Part shown: positions 10,444 through 20,087 of the stretch, piece after piece
How the letters are laid out: each line of letters starts with the position of its first letter
Numbering within the stretch: the first letter of the stretch is position 1
Origin: Abditibacteriaceae bacterium
GTDB taxonomy: Bacteria > Armatimonadota > Abditibacteriia > Abditibacteriales > Abditibacteriaceae
Direction of reading: 5' to 3'
Assembly: GCA_965277285.1 (NCBI GenBank)
Contig: OZ255721.1
Location: forward strand, 384,001-448,000
DNA: 64,000 nt
Notes under the pieces: generated by a model
What the model was told of the DNA's origin: nothing
The model's input: the letters and a program-made list of their open reading frames with translations, nothing else
Database searches by the model: none
Position numbers and translations under genes: made by a program

Positions 10444-11937
10444 TTACGCGCTGACCGTCTCCGTCTTTGCTTCAGCCGGCGCAACTGCGGACGTTGCAAC
10501 TGCGGTCGCCGCTCCGGGCGTCACCGCTTCAGTAACTGCGGCTTCAGGCGTTGTAACTTCAGGAGCTTTCGCTTCGGTCGCCTTCAATTCGGTCGGTTCG
10601 ATTTCGCTGGATTCCTCATCGTCGCTTTCGAGCGGCAACGGTTCGCCTTCGGTGATGTCCGAATTTTCCACCAAATACTGCAAGGCTTTTTGCTGCAAAA
10701 TCGAAGCGCGCGCTTGTTCGACATCCAAACGCTCAACGACTTTTTCAATCGGCTGCTGCATCGCCTGCGCCGCCTGATAATAATACGATTCGAGTTCGTT
10801 TTGCGTCGCTTCCAAGCCTTCGCGCTGCGCGACTTCGTCCAAAATGAGTTCCTGCTTCATTTCGGTTTCGACTTCTATCTTGACATCGGCTTCAAACTCT
10901 TCGCGCGTTTTGCCAATCGCTGTCAGATAATTTTCCAGCGTGCCGCCGCGCTGCGCGAGTTCCGCTTCGACGTTTTGCACGCGACGATTGGCGCGATCTT
11001 CCAGCAACGTCGGCGGAACTTCAAACGGCGTGCTTTCAACCAGTTGGCGCAGCAATTCGCTGCTCACAAAATCCTGGCTTTCGCGTTCGCGGCCTTCCTG
11101 AATCGCGCCGCGCATTCGTTCGCGCACCGCCGCCATATCTTCCATGCCCAAAGTTTGCGCGAATTCGTCGGTCAACTCCGGTGCGTGCGATTCCTTCAAA
11201 GCGGTGATTTTGACCAGGAACTCGGCTTCTTTTCCGGCCAACTCTTCGTCCTTAAAATCATCGGGGTAAGTGACGGTGAAGCGGCGCTCTTCGTCCAATT
11301 GCGCGCCCATCAAATGCTCGTCAATCGAGGGCACGAAACCGCCTTCGCCCAAGACGAAACCGCGCAGTTTGCCGGGTTCGTCGCCGCGCTCTTCGCCGTT
11401 CATAAAGACGCGCAGGTCAGCGTTGAGGACATCGCCGCTTTGCGCGCCGCGACCTTCGACATCATGAAAATGCGCGCGTTGGCGCTGCAATTCTTGAAGA
11501 CCTTTTTCCACATCGTCGTCGGTGACTTCGACGCGTGGCTGCGTTGCTTTCAAGTTCGAGTACTCGACATTCATTTCCGGGCGCACAATAACGCGCGCGG
11601 TAAAGGTCAAAGGCGCGTCGCCCGAGACGGCATCGAAAGTGAGCTCATCGACTTGCGCGCGGTCGAGCGGCTGCAAACCGGTTTCCTGCAACGCAGCTTG
11701 ATAGGCTTCGGGAACGATCTGATCGCTGACGGCTTGCGCGATGGATTCGTCGCCGACTTGACGGCGCACAATCGCGGTCGGAATGTGGCCGGGACGAAAG
11801 CCGGGCACGCGCAGGCGACGACTGTAATCTTTGATGACACGCTCGCGCGCGATTTTGACAGTTTCGGGTGCGACTTCAATTTGCAGCGTGACTTGTCCGC
11901 CTTCGCCGCGCTCGACCTGCACGTTATTTAACTCCAC
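10444..11937 (-). CDS. tig: Trigger factor
   Basis: VPGFRPGH ribosome-binding motif, FKBP domain, position upstream of clpP-clpX. Confidence 0.95.
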   Translation of the reverse strand: MELNNVQVERGEGGQVTLQIEVAPETVKIARERVIKDYSRRLRVPGFRPGHIPTAIVRRQVGDESIAQAVSDQIVPEAYQAALQETGLQPLDRAQVDELTFDAVSGDAPLTFTARVIVRPEMNVEYSNLKATQPRVEVTDDDVEKGLQELQRQRAHFHDVEGRGAQSGDVLNADLRVFMNGEERGDEPGKLRGFVLGEGGFVPSIDEHLMGAQLDEERRFTVTYPDDFKDEELAGKEAEFLVKITALKESHAPELTDEFAQTLGMEDMAAVRERMRGAIQEGRERESQDFVSSELLRQLVESTPFEVPPTLLEDRANRRVQNVEAELAQRGGTLENYLTAIGKTREEFEADVKIEVETEMKQELILDEVAQREGLEATQNELESYYYQAAQAMQQPIEKVVERLDVEQARASILQQKALQYLVENSDITEGEPLPLESDDEESSEIEPTELKATEAKAPEVTTPEAAVTEAVTPGAATAVATSAVAPAEAKTETVSA

Positions 11938-11972
11938 AGCTTCTTCCTCCGAATGGCTTCTAATTTGGGATA

Positions 11973-12157
11973 CACCGCAGAGGACGCGAAGGGCGTAGAG
12001 AAAAAGAGAAAGGCCAACAACTTTGTCATTCTGAGCGCAGTGAAGAATCTGGCTTAGAATATAGATTCTTCACTGCGCTCAGAATGACAAACCTCTACTT
12101 TTGAGTACTCGATTTCTTTTTCTTCTTTTCTCTGCGTCCTTCGCGTCCTCTGCGGTG
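11973..12157. repeat. Nested inverted-repeat element: family B enclosing family A (12022-12091) and palindrome variant (12101)
   Basis: CACCGCAGAGGACGCGAAGGGCGTAGAG ... CTCTGCGTCCTTCGCGTCCTCTGCGGTG. Confidence 0.88.
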
Positions 12158-12189
12158 AAATGAATTGTTTTCAATGGCGTGACAGTTAC

Positions 12190-12222
12190 AAAAAACGCCC
12201 CGTCACGATGGCGTGCGGGGCG
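12190..12222 (-). terminator. Rho-independent terminator downstream of tRNA-Gly
   Basis: CGCCCCG...CGGGGCG hairpin followed by T-run on minus strand. Confidence 0.65.
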
Positions 12223-12258
12223 AGAATCGGAACGGCAACTGAAACGACACTGGGAAAA

Positions 12259-12335
12259 TGGAGCGGAAGACCGGACTCGAACCGGCGACCCTCACCTTGG
12301 CAAGGTGATGCTCTAGCCAACTGAGCTACTTCCGC
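12259..12335 (-). tRNA. tRNA-Gly (GCC)
   Basis: GCGGAAGTAGCTCAGTTGGCTAGAGCATCACCTTGCCAAGGTGAGGGTCGCCGGTTCGAGTCCGGTCTTCCGCTCCA; cloverleaf, encoded CCA. Confidence 0.97.
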
Positions 12336-12378
12336 GTGACACGCCAAAAAACGACATTACAACGATCCGGCTCGACAA

Positions 12379-12407
12379 ATTATAAACCAACAAACAGCGC
12401 ATGACAA
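12379..12407 (-). promoter_or_regulatory. Sigma70-like promoter for tRNA-Gly
   Basis: TTGTCA-N17-TATAAT on minus strand. Confidence 0.6.
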
Positions 12408-12425
12408 GGGTTTACAAAGAAAAAA

Positions 12426-12499
12426 TGCTCGCGGAGGGAGTCGAACCCCCAACATCCAGATCCTAAATCTGGCGCCTCTGCCAGTTGGGCCACGCGAGC
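12426..12499 (-). tRNA. tRNA-Leu (TAG), short variable loop, CCA not encoded
   Basis: GCTCGCG acceptor stem, CCAGA-TTTAGGA-TCTGG anticodon arm, GGGGG-TTCGACT-CCCTC T arm, discriminator A. Confidence 0.88.
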
Positions 12500-12532
12500 T
12501 GCATCGCAAACCACCAATCGAGTACTCGATCC

Positions 12533-12560
12533 ATTATAACTCAAGGCGTCTTCATCTCAA
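12533..12560 (-). promoter_or_regulatory. Sigma70-like promoter for tRNA-Leu
   Basis: TTGAGA-N16-TATAAT on minus strand; palindrome copy 12518-12529 lies at the predicted start site. Confidence 0.5.
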
Positions 12561-13162
12561 ATGTCTTCGTTCGATTTCCCCAAAAACTTCAATACGGCTT
12601 CGACATCGGTCAATCTTAATTTTGCTAATTCGTATTGTGGATCAATTTCCAAAGAGCGCACAAAACAATCTTTAGCTTTCTGATATTTCCCCTGACAAAG
12701 CAGAACGCCACCCAAGAGCAGAAACGCTTCGTCCACGGCGCCTTTGCTGCACTCTGTCGCGCGTTGATAGAGTTCTTTGGCTTTGTCCAACTTTGAAAGC
12801 CTCACCAAAGGCTCCGCCAGAAAAATGTAACCTGAGGCGTTGTCGGGATCGCTTTCGACCGCTTTTTGAAACCAATACGCGGCCCGTTCTAAATGGCCTT
12901 GCTTTGTGTGCAATTTACCCAGCCTGTGCAGAGGAAGCCAAAGACGATTTGGGTCACACATTGACAAAGCCCTCTGCAAAGCTTCTTCCGCTTCCTTGAA
13001 GCGATAAAGCTCTGTGTAAGCAATTCCGAGGTATATCCACAAAATCTCGCAATCGCTATGTTCGTTCAAGTGAGACTTCGACATCTCAAGCAGCAAAGCC
13101 CAGCAATCGTTATCAAACGAATCTTGCATTTGCTCATAAAGTTCTTTCGGCAACGCTTTCAT
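12557..13162 (-). CDS. Tetratricopeptide repeat protein
   Basis: Repeated LG..Y/A...A...F..A...DP TPR patterns. Confidence 0.88.
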   Translation of the reverse strand: MKALPKELYEQMQDSFDNDCWALLLEMSKSHLNEHSDCEILWIYLGIAYTELYRFKEAEEALQRALSMCDPNRLWLPLHRLGKLHTKQGHLERAAYWFQKAVESDPDNASGYIFLAEPLVRLSKLDKAKELYQRATECSKGAVDEAFLLLGGVLLCQGKYQKAKDCFVRSLEIDPQYELAKLRLTDVEAVLKFLGKSNEDI

Positions 13163-13197
13163 AGCTTAATCTCACGAATATCCAGTACTCGAACATT

Positions 13198-13826
13198 CTA
13201 ACTTTCAAACAGCGCAATTGTAAAATCGTCGGGCAAGCGATTCGCTTCATCAGCCACGGTTTCGCGCAGTTTGAGAATCAAATTCGTGTCGCTGAGGGAG
13301 CGGCTGTGTTCAATAATAGCGTTCCAGTTAGCGAACTTCCACACGCCGTCGGACATTGCCAGAACTTTCCACGGCGCAGTCAACTTTTGCGAAAACCCGA
13401 CAGGTTGCGCGGCGCTGCTTCCCACCGGCGGATTTTTGCGCTGATGTTCCGTCAGCAAAACGGTTTCGTCACCATTGAGCAACAAAACTGCGCTGTCGCC
13501 GCACGAAGCGCCGCAAATGAAATCTTCGTCAATGCCAAACGCGATCAATGTTGTGAAACCGGCATCTGCGTCCATTTCCACCGAGTCGTCGGCTGCGCTG
13601 ATGATTTGCAGCACGTCGTTTCGCGCTGCAAATCTTTGTCTGATAATGCCAACGCGGTTTTTATTGCCGTTTCCACTGCGACCGAAGCCGCTTTAGCACC
13701 GCCCGATTGTCCGCCCATGCCGTCAGCCAGAACGCAAAGCTGCAAGCCTGAAGAATAGCGCGCAATTTTTACGCGATCTTCGTTGCGATGATTGTGTCCC
13801 GTTTCGGAATAAGTGAAAATGCGCAT
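13198..13826 (-). pseudogene. PP2C-family (SpoIIE/PrpC-like) protein phosphatase split by an apparent 1-bp frameshift near 13615
   Basis: N-half NEDR and VLADGMGG in ORF 13545-13844; C-half GDS, MSDGVW, DDFT in ORF 13198-13614. Confidence 0.8.
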
Positions 13827-13849
13827 TTCGAGTACTCGATGCAAACCAA

Positions 13850-13882
13850 AACAGCCTTCCGAAATGTTATCGGAAGGCTGTT
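13850..13882 (-). terminator. Rho-independent terminator of BON lipoprotein gene
   Basis: AACAGCCTTCCGA...TCGGAAGGCTGTT. Confidence 0.7.
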
Positions 13883-13898
13883 AATTACGTCGTGAAAC

Positions 13899-14465
13899 TT
13901 ACTGTTTCTTCATGGTGGCTGAAGCGCCGCCGCTGACCGTCAGGTTATTGGCGACCTTGCGTCCGCCCGCGTTCTGCGTGGCGATGCTGCCAGCCAAAGT
14001 CTTCTGCGCCGCGTTTTGAACGCTGCCGCTGAGCGTGACGCTCGTGCCCGTGCTATCAACGTTGATGTGGTTCTTCGGGTTGTTCAGGCTTGCGTTGCCG
14101 ATAATCTTCGACTTGATTTCACCCGTTTTTAGCATTCCGCCGACCGAATTGACAGCGTTGCTGGTCGCGCTCGAAACGGTGTTGCTGGCGCTCGAGGCCG
14201 CGTTGCTGACATCTTTAACCGCGTTGTTGGTGGCGCTCGAAACCGTGTTGCTTGCAGTGGAGGCGGCGTTGCTGACATCGGCCACCGCGTTGCTGGTTGT
14301 CGCTGCGGCAGCATTGGCCACGTTAGCGACTGCCGTTGAAGAATTGGTTGCTACCTGATTCTCCACTGTCGCGTCCGGTTCGCCTGCTTTGTTGCAACCT
14401 GTGACGCTGGTCAAGCCCGCCATGACGATGGCACCGGCGCCGATCCATTTTCCGAAGTTCTGCAT
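13899..14465 (-). CDS. BON-domain lipoprotein with Ala/Ser/Asn/Thr repeats
   Basis: Lipobox VTGC; C-terminal INVDSTGTSVTLSGSV...VANNLTV BON motif. Confidence 0.85.
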   Translation of the reverse strand: MQNFGKWIGAGAIVMAGLTSVTGCNKAGEPDATVENQVATNSSTAVANVANAAAATTSNAVADVSNAASTASNTVSSATNNAVKDVSNAASSASNTVSSATSNAVNSVGGMLKTGEIKSKIIGNASLNNPKNHINVDSTGTSVTLSGSVQNAAQKTLAGSIATQNAGGRKVANNLTVSGGASATMKKQ

Positions 14466-14699
14466 TTGTTTCTCCCGAAGTTTCTAATTATTTGCGTGTT
14501 TGCGTAAAAGTCGCGTGTATTGAAGCAAATTGAATGCCTCAACTCCAAGTTTCTTGACATTCGCAACGGCGCTTCATTATTGCCAGAATTGGTAAATGAA
14601 AAAAGACCAAAAAAGTAGAAATTCTCTGGTATTTGCTTTTTGTCGCATTATGCGAACATGCAAATGTGATCTAAATGCGACTATCGAGTACTCGAATCG

Positions 14700-15140
14700 T
14701 CAGGATTTTTCCGTATGCGGCGCGCCCAAAGTCCGCGAAAAGTAAAGGCCAGCGAAGAACAAAACGATTTGCATCAAGACGCCGAGCGATTCTTCGAGCG
14801 GCCATTTGGCGTGTTCCGCCAAGCCATTGTGCGTCGGAAACCATTTCTCTTTCATCGGCCCCATGCGGCGTGGGTCTTTGCGCAGTTCGGCGGGAATGTG
14901 TTCAAAATCGGGACAAACGGCGCCCAGAGCGCCCCAAAATTGCGGACTTTTCCAACCATGTTGCTGTCCGACGCGCGCCAAAGTTGCAAAAACCAGCGGC
15001 GTTTCGGTCGCGCCCATGTCGTGATGCGGCACAACGTCGCCCACGAAATGCGAAAACACGCCCAGCGCAAACGCCAGAACTGGACTTTTAACGCGACTTC
15101 CAACCGCAGCGCCCAACGCCGCATGAACAGAACCAGTCAT
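14700..15140 (-). CDS. Membrane protein, possibly metal-dependent hydrolase-like
   Basis: MTGSVHAALG, SHFVGDVVPH, CPDFEH motifs with hydrophobic helices. Confidence 0.7.
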   Translation of the reverse strand: MTGSVHAALGAAVGSRVKSPVLAFALGVFSHFVGDVVPHHDMGATETPLVFATLARVGQQHGWKSPQFWGALGAVCPDFEHIPAELRKDPRRMGPMKEKWFPTHNGLAEHAKWPLEESLGVLMQIVLFFAGLYFSRTLGAPHTEKS

Positions 15141-15190
15141 AGAAATAAAATGAGGAATATCCAATACTCGATATTCATCATTCCGCATCA

Positions 15191-16396
15191 TTATTGAAAC
15201 TTATCAGGTGCGAATTCTTTGTAGCGATTGTAAACCTTCCACACGTAATGCTGCACCTGGCTGCCATTCGGAACGCGATAACCGGCGCGACGCACCGCTC
15301 CTGGCCCGGCGTTGTAGGCGGCGACGGCGAGCAACGTGCCATCGGCGCGGTTGCGGTAATCGTTGAGATGACCACGCAACAAACGCGCTGTACCCCACAC
15401 GTTTTGCACCGGATCCCACGCGTTGGTGATGTGCGCTTCGCTCAGGTTGAACGGCATCAACTGACCCAAACCCATAGCGCCCGAATCGCTGCGGCAATAA
15501 ATATCGAAGTCGCTTTCCACTGAAATAATCGCCGCCAGAAAGCGCGGATCCATGCCGTTGGCGGTTCCAGCTTGCAACAAAGCGAGCGCGATTTTATCGA
15601 CTAAATCGGGCGTCAGTTTCGGGTTGAAACGCCGCACCATCGCGCGATAAGCGGGCATTTGCGCGTCGAAAGTTCCGTAACTGTCGTCGTCGGTAATTGG
15701 CGCGCGATTGGAAACGAAAGGCGCCGCATTTATTGAACTTTGACGGTTTGTGTTGTTTCCAGTACTCGAATCGTCGCCCGGGCGAATGATGCGCGGCGTC
15801 GTCGCGTTCGCCGATTGGACAAGTGGAACTTCGGTTGCGGGCGGCAATTGATCAATGGCGTAGGAAACCGGCGTTTGTGTTGTGTCCGCTGTGTCGTCCG
15901 AGGCTGGCACAAAAACGGGATGCGGCTCCAACATGACAGCCAAAGGTTGCAAAACAACGGCGCTCGATTCGCTGGCATTATTGGACGCGCCTTGCCCGAC
16001 CAATGCGAGGACGCGCACTGACGCACCCGCCTGCAACAAATCGCCGTTCAAAATCTCGGGCGTTACAGAAAAGCGCACCGCTGTATTATCCACGTTCAAA
16101 ATGACGGTGCGCGCGCCGCCCTGACGAATGGTACCAGTCACAATGCCGCTGAACTCGACTGCACGACCGGCATACGAAGCTTGATCGGCGCGCACCACAT
16201 CCAGCGTCACGCGTGGATCAATTTTGAGCGATTTGCGCAGTTGCGCATACGTCGGCGTTTTCACAGATGCACTGTTGGCGGACGCGCTCACTTGCGCGCT
16301 GGATCGAGTACTCGAACGCGGCGCCGCCTGCGCTGGAGTAACGTGTGCGCTGACGGTTAAAGCTGCCAGCAAAATCGGAAGCGAAATTTTCTCCAT
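15191..16396 (-). CDS. Lytic transglycosylase (SLT domain) with signal peptide
   Basis: VESDF, GAMGLGQLMP, AAYNAGPG motifs. Confidence 0.92.
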   Translation of the reverse strand: MEKISLPILLAALTVSAHVTPAQAAPRSSTRSSAQVSASANSASVKTPTYAQLRKSLKIDPRVTLDVVRADQASYAGRAVEFSGIVTGTIRQGGARTVILNVDNTAVRFSVTPEILNGDLLQAGASVRVLALVGQGASNNASESSAVVLQPLAVMLEPHPVFVPASDDTADTTQTPVSYAIDQLPPATEVPLVQSANATTPRIIRPGDDSSTGNNTNRQSSINAAPFVSNRAPITDDDSYGTFDAQMPAYRAMVRRFNPKLTPDLVDKIALALLQAGTANGMDPRFLAAIISVESDFDIYCRSDSGAMGLGQLMPFNLSEAHITNAWDPVQNVWGTARLLRGHLNDYRNRADGTLLAVAAYNAGPGAVRRAGYRVPNGSQVQHYVWKVYNRYKEFAPDKFQ

Positions 16397-16476
16397 GTGT
16401 GAACCTTGACCTTCGTCGGGTAATATGCCGGATTACGGGCGCGGCGCGCCAAGCTCGTACGATTCTCACTTTTTGC

Positions 16477-17877
16477 TTAAACCGCGACCAGTTCAATCAT
16501 GGTGCGCGACTTTTGCGGCGCTTGCACCGTTTTCAGAACGTGACCGCTGAAACCCCACAGAAAACCGTCCGTTGTTTCGACCTGAACCATCGAACCGGGC
16601 GGCGTGGTTTCCAAGTCGCCCGCGAAGTTGACCAGTTTGTTGGCGCGCGTGCGTCCGCTCAAGCGAGCCGCATCTTTGGCGCTGCGACCTTCAACCAAAA
16701 CTTCGACGCGTTGCCCGACTTGCGCCAGATTGATGTCGCGGCTAATTTCGCGCTGCAAGTTGATTAAATCGCTCAAACGTCGCTGCTTGGTTTCGGCAGG
16801 AACATCGTCCGGCCAATTCCAGGCATCGGTCGAATGGCGCGGCGAGTAGGCGAACAAAAATGCGTTGTCGAAGCGAATCTGCTCGAAGGCACGCACCGTT
16901 TCCTGATATTCTTCTTCGCTTTCGCCACAAAACCCGATAATGCAATCGGTCGTAATTGCGACGTTCGGTATGCGTTCGCGCACTCGCTCGACAATTTCGC
17001 GGTATTTTTCAATGGTATAAGTGCGCTTCATGCGACGCAAACAATTGTTGCTGCCGCTTTGCAATGGCATATGCAAATGCTCGCAAACCGAAGGCAATTG
17101 TGCAATCGTGTCAATCAAACGCTGATTGAAATACATTGGGTGCGGACTGGTATAACGCACGCGCAAAGTCGGGTCAATGGTGTTGATTTGTTCGAGCAGC
17201 CAAGCGAAATCCAGTCGCTGACCGTCGTCGAGTTTCCCCAGATCGTGGCCATAGGCGTTGACGGTTTGCCCCAGCAGCGTGACTTCGCGGTAGCCTAAAT
17301 CGCGCAATTGCCGAATTTCATCGAGAACTTCGCTTGGGCGACGCGAGATTTCGCGGCCTCGCGCGCTGGGAACCGCGCAATAAGTGCAGTTGAAATTGCA
17401 ACCGAAAATCACGTCGACAAAGGCCGAAACCGCGCTCGAACGGCGAACCGGCGTAATCGGCGTCGGATCGCATTCCAAATCCAGCCCGTCATCGAAACCG
17501 TCATGATTTCGATGACTCGATGCTTGAACGCTGCGCAGCAAATGCGGCAGATGGTGAATGTTGCGTGGCCCCAACAAAATGTCGACTTCGGGCACGCGAC
17601 GACGAATCGAATCGGCTTCGCGCTGTGCCATACAACCGGCGACGCCGATCACCAAATTGGGCTTTTTTTCTTTCAGCAAGCGCAGTTGGCCAAGTTCGGT
17701 GTAAAGTTTGTGCTCGGGGCGCTCGCGCACGGCGCAAGTGTTCATCAGCAACACGTCGGCTTCGGCGGGTTCGTCGGTTGGCGCGTAGCCCAGCGCGTCG
17801 AGCATTCCGGCCATGCGCTCGCTGTCGTGGACGTTCATCTGGCAACCAAAAGTTTGAATATAATAACGCGGTTTCAT
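16477..17877 (-). CDS. miaB: tRNA-2-methylthio-N6-dimethylallyladenosine synthase
   Basis: TFGCQMNVHDSE, CNFNCTYC radical SAM motif, C-terminal TRAM domain. Confidence 0.96.
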   Translation of the reverse strand: MKPRYYIQTFGCQMNVHDSERMAGMLDALGYAPTDEPAEADVLLMNTCAVRERPEHKLYTELGQLRLLKEKKPNLVIGVAGCMAQREADSIRRRVPEVDILLGPRNIHHLPHLLRSVQASSHRNHDGFDDGLDLECDPTPITPVRRSSAVSAFVDVIFGCNFNCTYCAVPSARGREISRRPSEVLDEIRQLRDLGYREVTLLGQTVNAYGHDLGKLDDGQRLDFAWLLEQINTIDPTLRVRYTSPHPMYFNQRLIDTIAQLPSVCEHLHMPLQSGSNNCLRRMKRTYTIEKYREIVERVRERIPNVAITTDCIIGFCGESEEEYQETVRAFEQIRFDNAFLFAYSPRHSTDAWNWPDDVPAETKQRRLSDLINLQREISRDINLAQVGQRVEVLVEGRSAKDAARLSGRTRANKLVNFAGDLETTPPGSMVQVETTDGFLWGFSGHVLKTVQAPQKSRTMIELVAV

Positions 17878-18071
17878 CGGCCTTCTTATTTTACCTGATT
17901 CGAGAAGCTGTCCGCGAAATGCGCAATAATTAACTTGGGTTATATCGTAGGGGCGTCAGCTTGCTATGCCCGAATTTGAAGTCGAGTACTCGAAAATGGA
18001 CGCAGCGTTTCAGGCGCAGCAAGCTGATGCCCTTACAAAATTTCACGCGGCTTGCGCGGACAATTCATACC

Positions 18072-18111
18072 AAAACAGCCCGCCGATTCCGAAGAACCAG
18101 CGGGCTGTTTT
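18072..18111 (-). terminator. Terminator downstream of htrA
   Basis: AAAACAGCCCGC...GCGGGCTGTTTT. Confidence 0.6.
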
Positions 18112-18136
18112 TCAATATCGAGTACTCGATATTGTT

Positions 18137-19816
18137 TTACTGACCGGGTGTGACGGTGACGAAAGTCTTGTCGCCTTTGCGGTTGACGAGCAGGGCGACG
18201 CTTTTGGTATCGCTTTGCATTTTCAAGATCGCGTTCACCGAAGCGGTAAAGTCGGCGACGTTGGAAACCGGCTTTTGTCCGACGCGCTCAATGACATCGC
18301 CGCGTTGCAGACCGGCTTGATCGGCTGCCGAGCCATCGGCAACACCCAAAATTACCAGACCGCGCGTCGCTGTCAGGCCCAGTTGATTCTTCAAAGTTGG
18401 CGTCAACGGCGCCAGGCGCAAACCCAGAGCGGTCGAAGACGGCGCGACCGGCGCCGTGCTATTATCGGTCGAGGAACTATCACTGGCGTCTGGCTTGAGT
18501 TCGTCCAGCCTTGCATTCAGTGTGATAGTTTGACCTTCGCGCAAAACCGTCAGTTTCGCGGTCGAACCAACCGGAGCCGTACCCACCAAACCTTGCAGTT
18601 CGTTGCTCTTCGTCACGGTTTTTCCGTTGAAGGCGGTAATTACATCGCCTTCTTGCAAGCCAGCTCGGGCGCCCGGCGTTCCCGCATTGATTTTGGCGAC
18701 CAGAACACCTTTGGTGCTTTCGTCCAAACCGAGTGACGCCGCATTGTGCGAATCCAGATTCTGAATCAGCACGCCCAGATAGCCGCGCGTGATTTTGCCG
18801 GTTTTCACAAGCTGTTCGGCGATGGTGCGCGCCGTGTTAATCGGGATGGCGAAACCGATTCCCATGTTGCCGCCGCTTTCCGAATAAATCGCGTTATTGA
18901 CGCCAACAACCAAACCGTTGATGTCGCACAAGGGGCCGCCACTGTTGCCCGGGTTGATCGACGCATCGGTTTGCAGATAATCGCCGCCACGGTCGCTCAG
19001 TTGAACTTCGCGCGACTTGGCGGAGATGATGCCGACTGTCACGGTATGTTCCAAACCGAACGGGTTGCCGACAGCAATCGCCCAATCGCCGACTTTAACG
19101 GACGATGAATCGCCCAGTTTCGCGGTTGGCAGATTGTTGGCGTTCACTTTGAGCACGGCGATGTCGGTTCCTTCATCGACGCCGACCAATTGAACATGAC
19201 GAAACTCGCGGTCATCGGCCAATTTGACGGTGATGTTCGCCGGATCAGCACCTTTGACGACGTGAGCGTTGGTCATGATGTAGCCGTCGCTGCGGAAAAT
19301 GATGCCCGAACCCAGACCGCCGCCGCGACCAGCCTGCACTTGTTGCAGATGCGCGCCGAATTGCGAGCGAATCGCGTTGCGCTGATAAGAATTGGGCTGG
19401 AAGCCGAACTTCTGGTTGAACTGCTTGAAAAACTCTTCAAACGGGTCTCTGCCCGATTTGGGTGCGTCTGGAGCGCTCGGTGAATCAGGTGCGTTGGGCG
19501 TCGATTCGTCCGGCGTGTTGCCGAATGGCAAAGCACCAAATGGCGAACGCTTGGTGCTCGTTGGCACAATTTTGCCTTCAGTTGTAATGGTGACAACCGC
19601 GGGTTCCACCGCGTTGGAAACTTGGGAAAAGGCGTCCTGAATGGCGGACGCGTCGCGCGTGGCGGCGGTTTGCACAACCGGCGCTGTCGTTGTGGGAGCA
19701 ATGGTTGTCTGCGCGCCTGCGACCTGACCGCGCAACAAATAACCGCCAGCCAGAGCGACTCCGGCCACGCCGAGAAGGGCGGCGCTACTGCGTTTCTTGA
19801 AAGACGTTTCGTTCAT
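18137..19816 (-). CDS. htrA: HtrA/DegP (Do family) serine protease with two PDZ domains
   Basis: TNAHVV, TDIAVLK, GNSGGPL catalytic triad; PDZ repeats; signal peptide. Confidence 0.93.
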   Translation of the reverse strand: MNETSFKKRSSAALLGVAGVALAGGYLLRGQVAGAQTTIAPTTTAPVVQTAATRDASAIQDAFSQVSNAVEPAVVTITTEGKIVPTSTKRSPFGALPFGNTPDESTPNAPDSPSAPDAPKSGRDPFEEFFKQFNQKFGFQPNSYQRNAIRSQFGAHLQQVQAGRGGGLGSGIIFRSDGYIMTNAHVVKGADPANITVKLADDREFRHVQLVGVDEGTDIAVLKVNANNLPTAKLGDSSSVKVGDWAIAVGNPFGLEHTVTVGIISAKSREVQLSDRGGDYLQTDASINPGNSGGPLCDINGLVVGVNNAIYSESGGNMGIGFAIPINTARTIAEQLVKTGKITRGYLGVLIQNLDSHNAASLGLDESTKGVLVAKINAGTPGARAGLQEGDVITAFNGKTVTKSNELQGLVGTAPVGSTAKLTVLREGQTITLNARLDELKPDASDSSSTDNSTAPVAPSSTALGLRLAPLTPTLKNQLGLTATRGLVILGVADGSAADQAGLQRGDVIERVGQKPVSNVADFTASVNAILKMQSDTKSVALLVNRKGDKTFVTVTPGQ

Positions 19817-20023
19817 ATACTGGGTGTCCTCCGCTCGAACACGATGTCGAGAAACAGCGAAATTATACGCTCAAATCTGTGCTTTACGGACGCAATTACG
19901 GTACAACGGTTGCCTTGCATTTTCGTGGAAGAAACACCACACGTCATGACGAAAGTTCAACCGCCAAGTCGAGGAGAACGCCAAGAGAGAAACAAGTTAG
20001 ATTCGAGTACTCGAAGGCGCTAC

Positions 20024-20051
20024 GTACGGGCGAGGCATGCCTCGCCCGTAC
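20024..20051. repeat. 28-bp perfect palindrome, REP-like family E
   Basis: GTACGGGCGAGGCATGCCTCGCCCGTAC; identical copy at 33140-33167. Confidence 0.9.
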
Positions 20052-20087
20052 AACACATTTCTCTTCTCGGCGTCTTGCCGGTCTTTA

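Noticed and set aside
12259..13826. tRNA-anchored prophage or genomic island
   Set aside because: No integrase and no duplicated tRNA 3' end seen in the window.
17966..18736. 256-aa plus-strand ORF
   Set aside because: Mostly antisense to htrA and runs through its terminator; no RBS or family motif seen.
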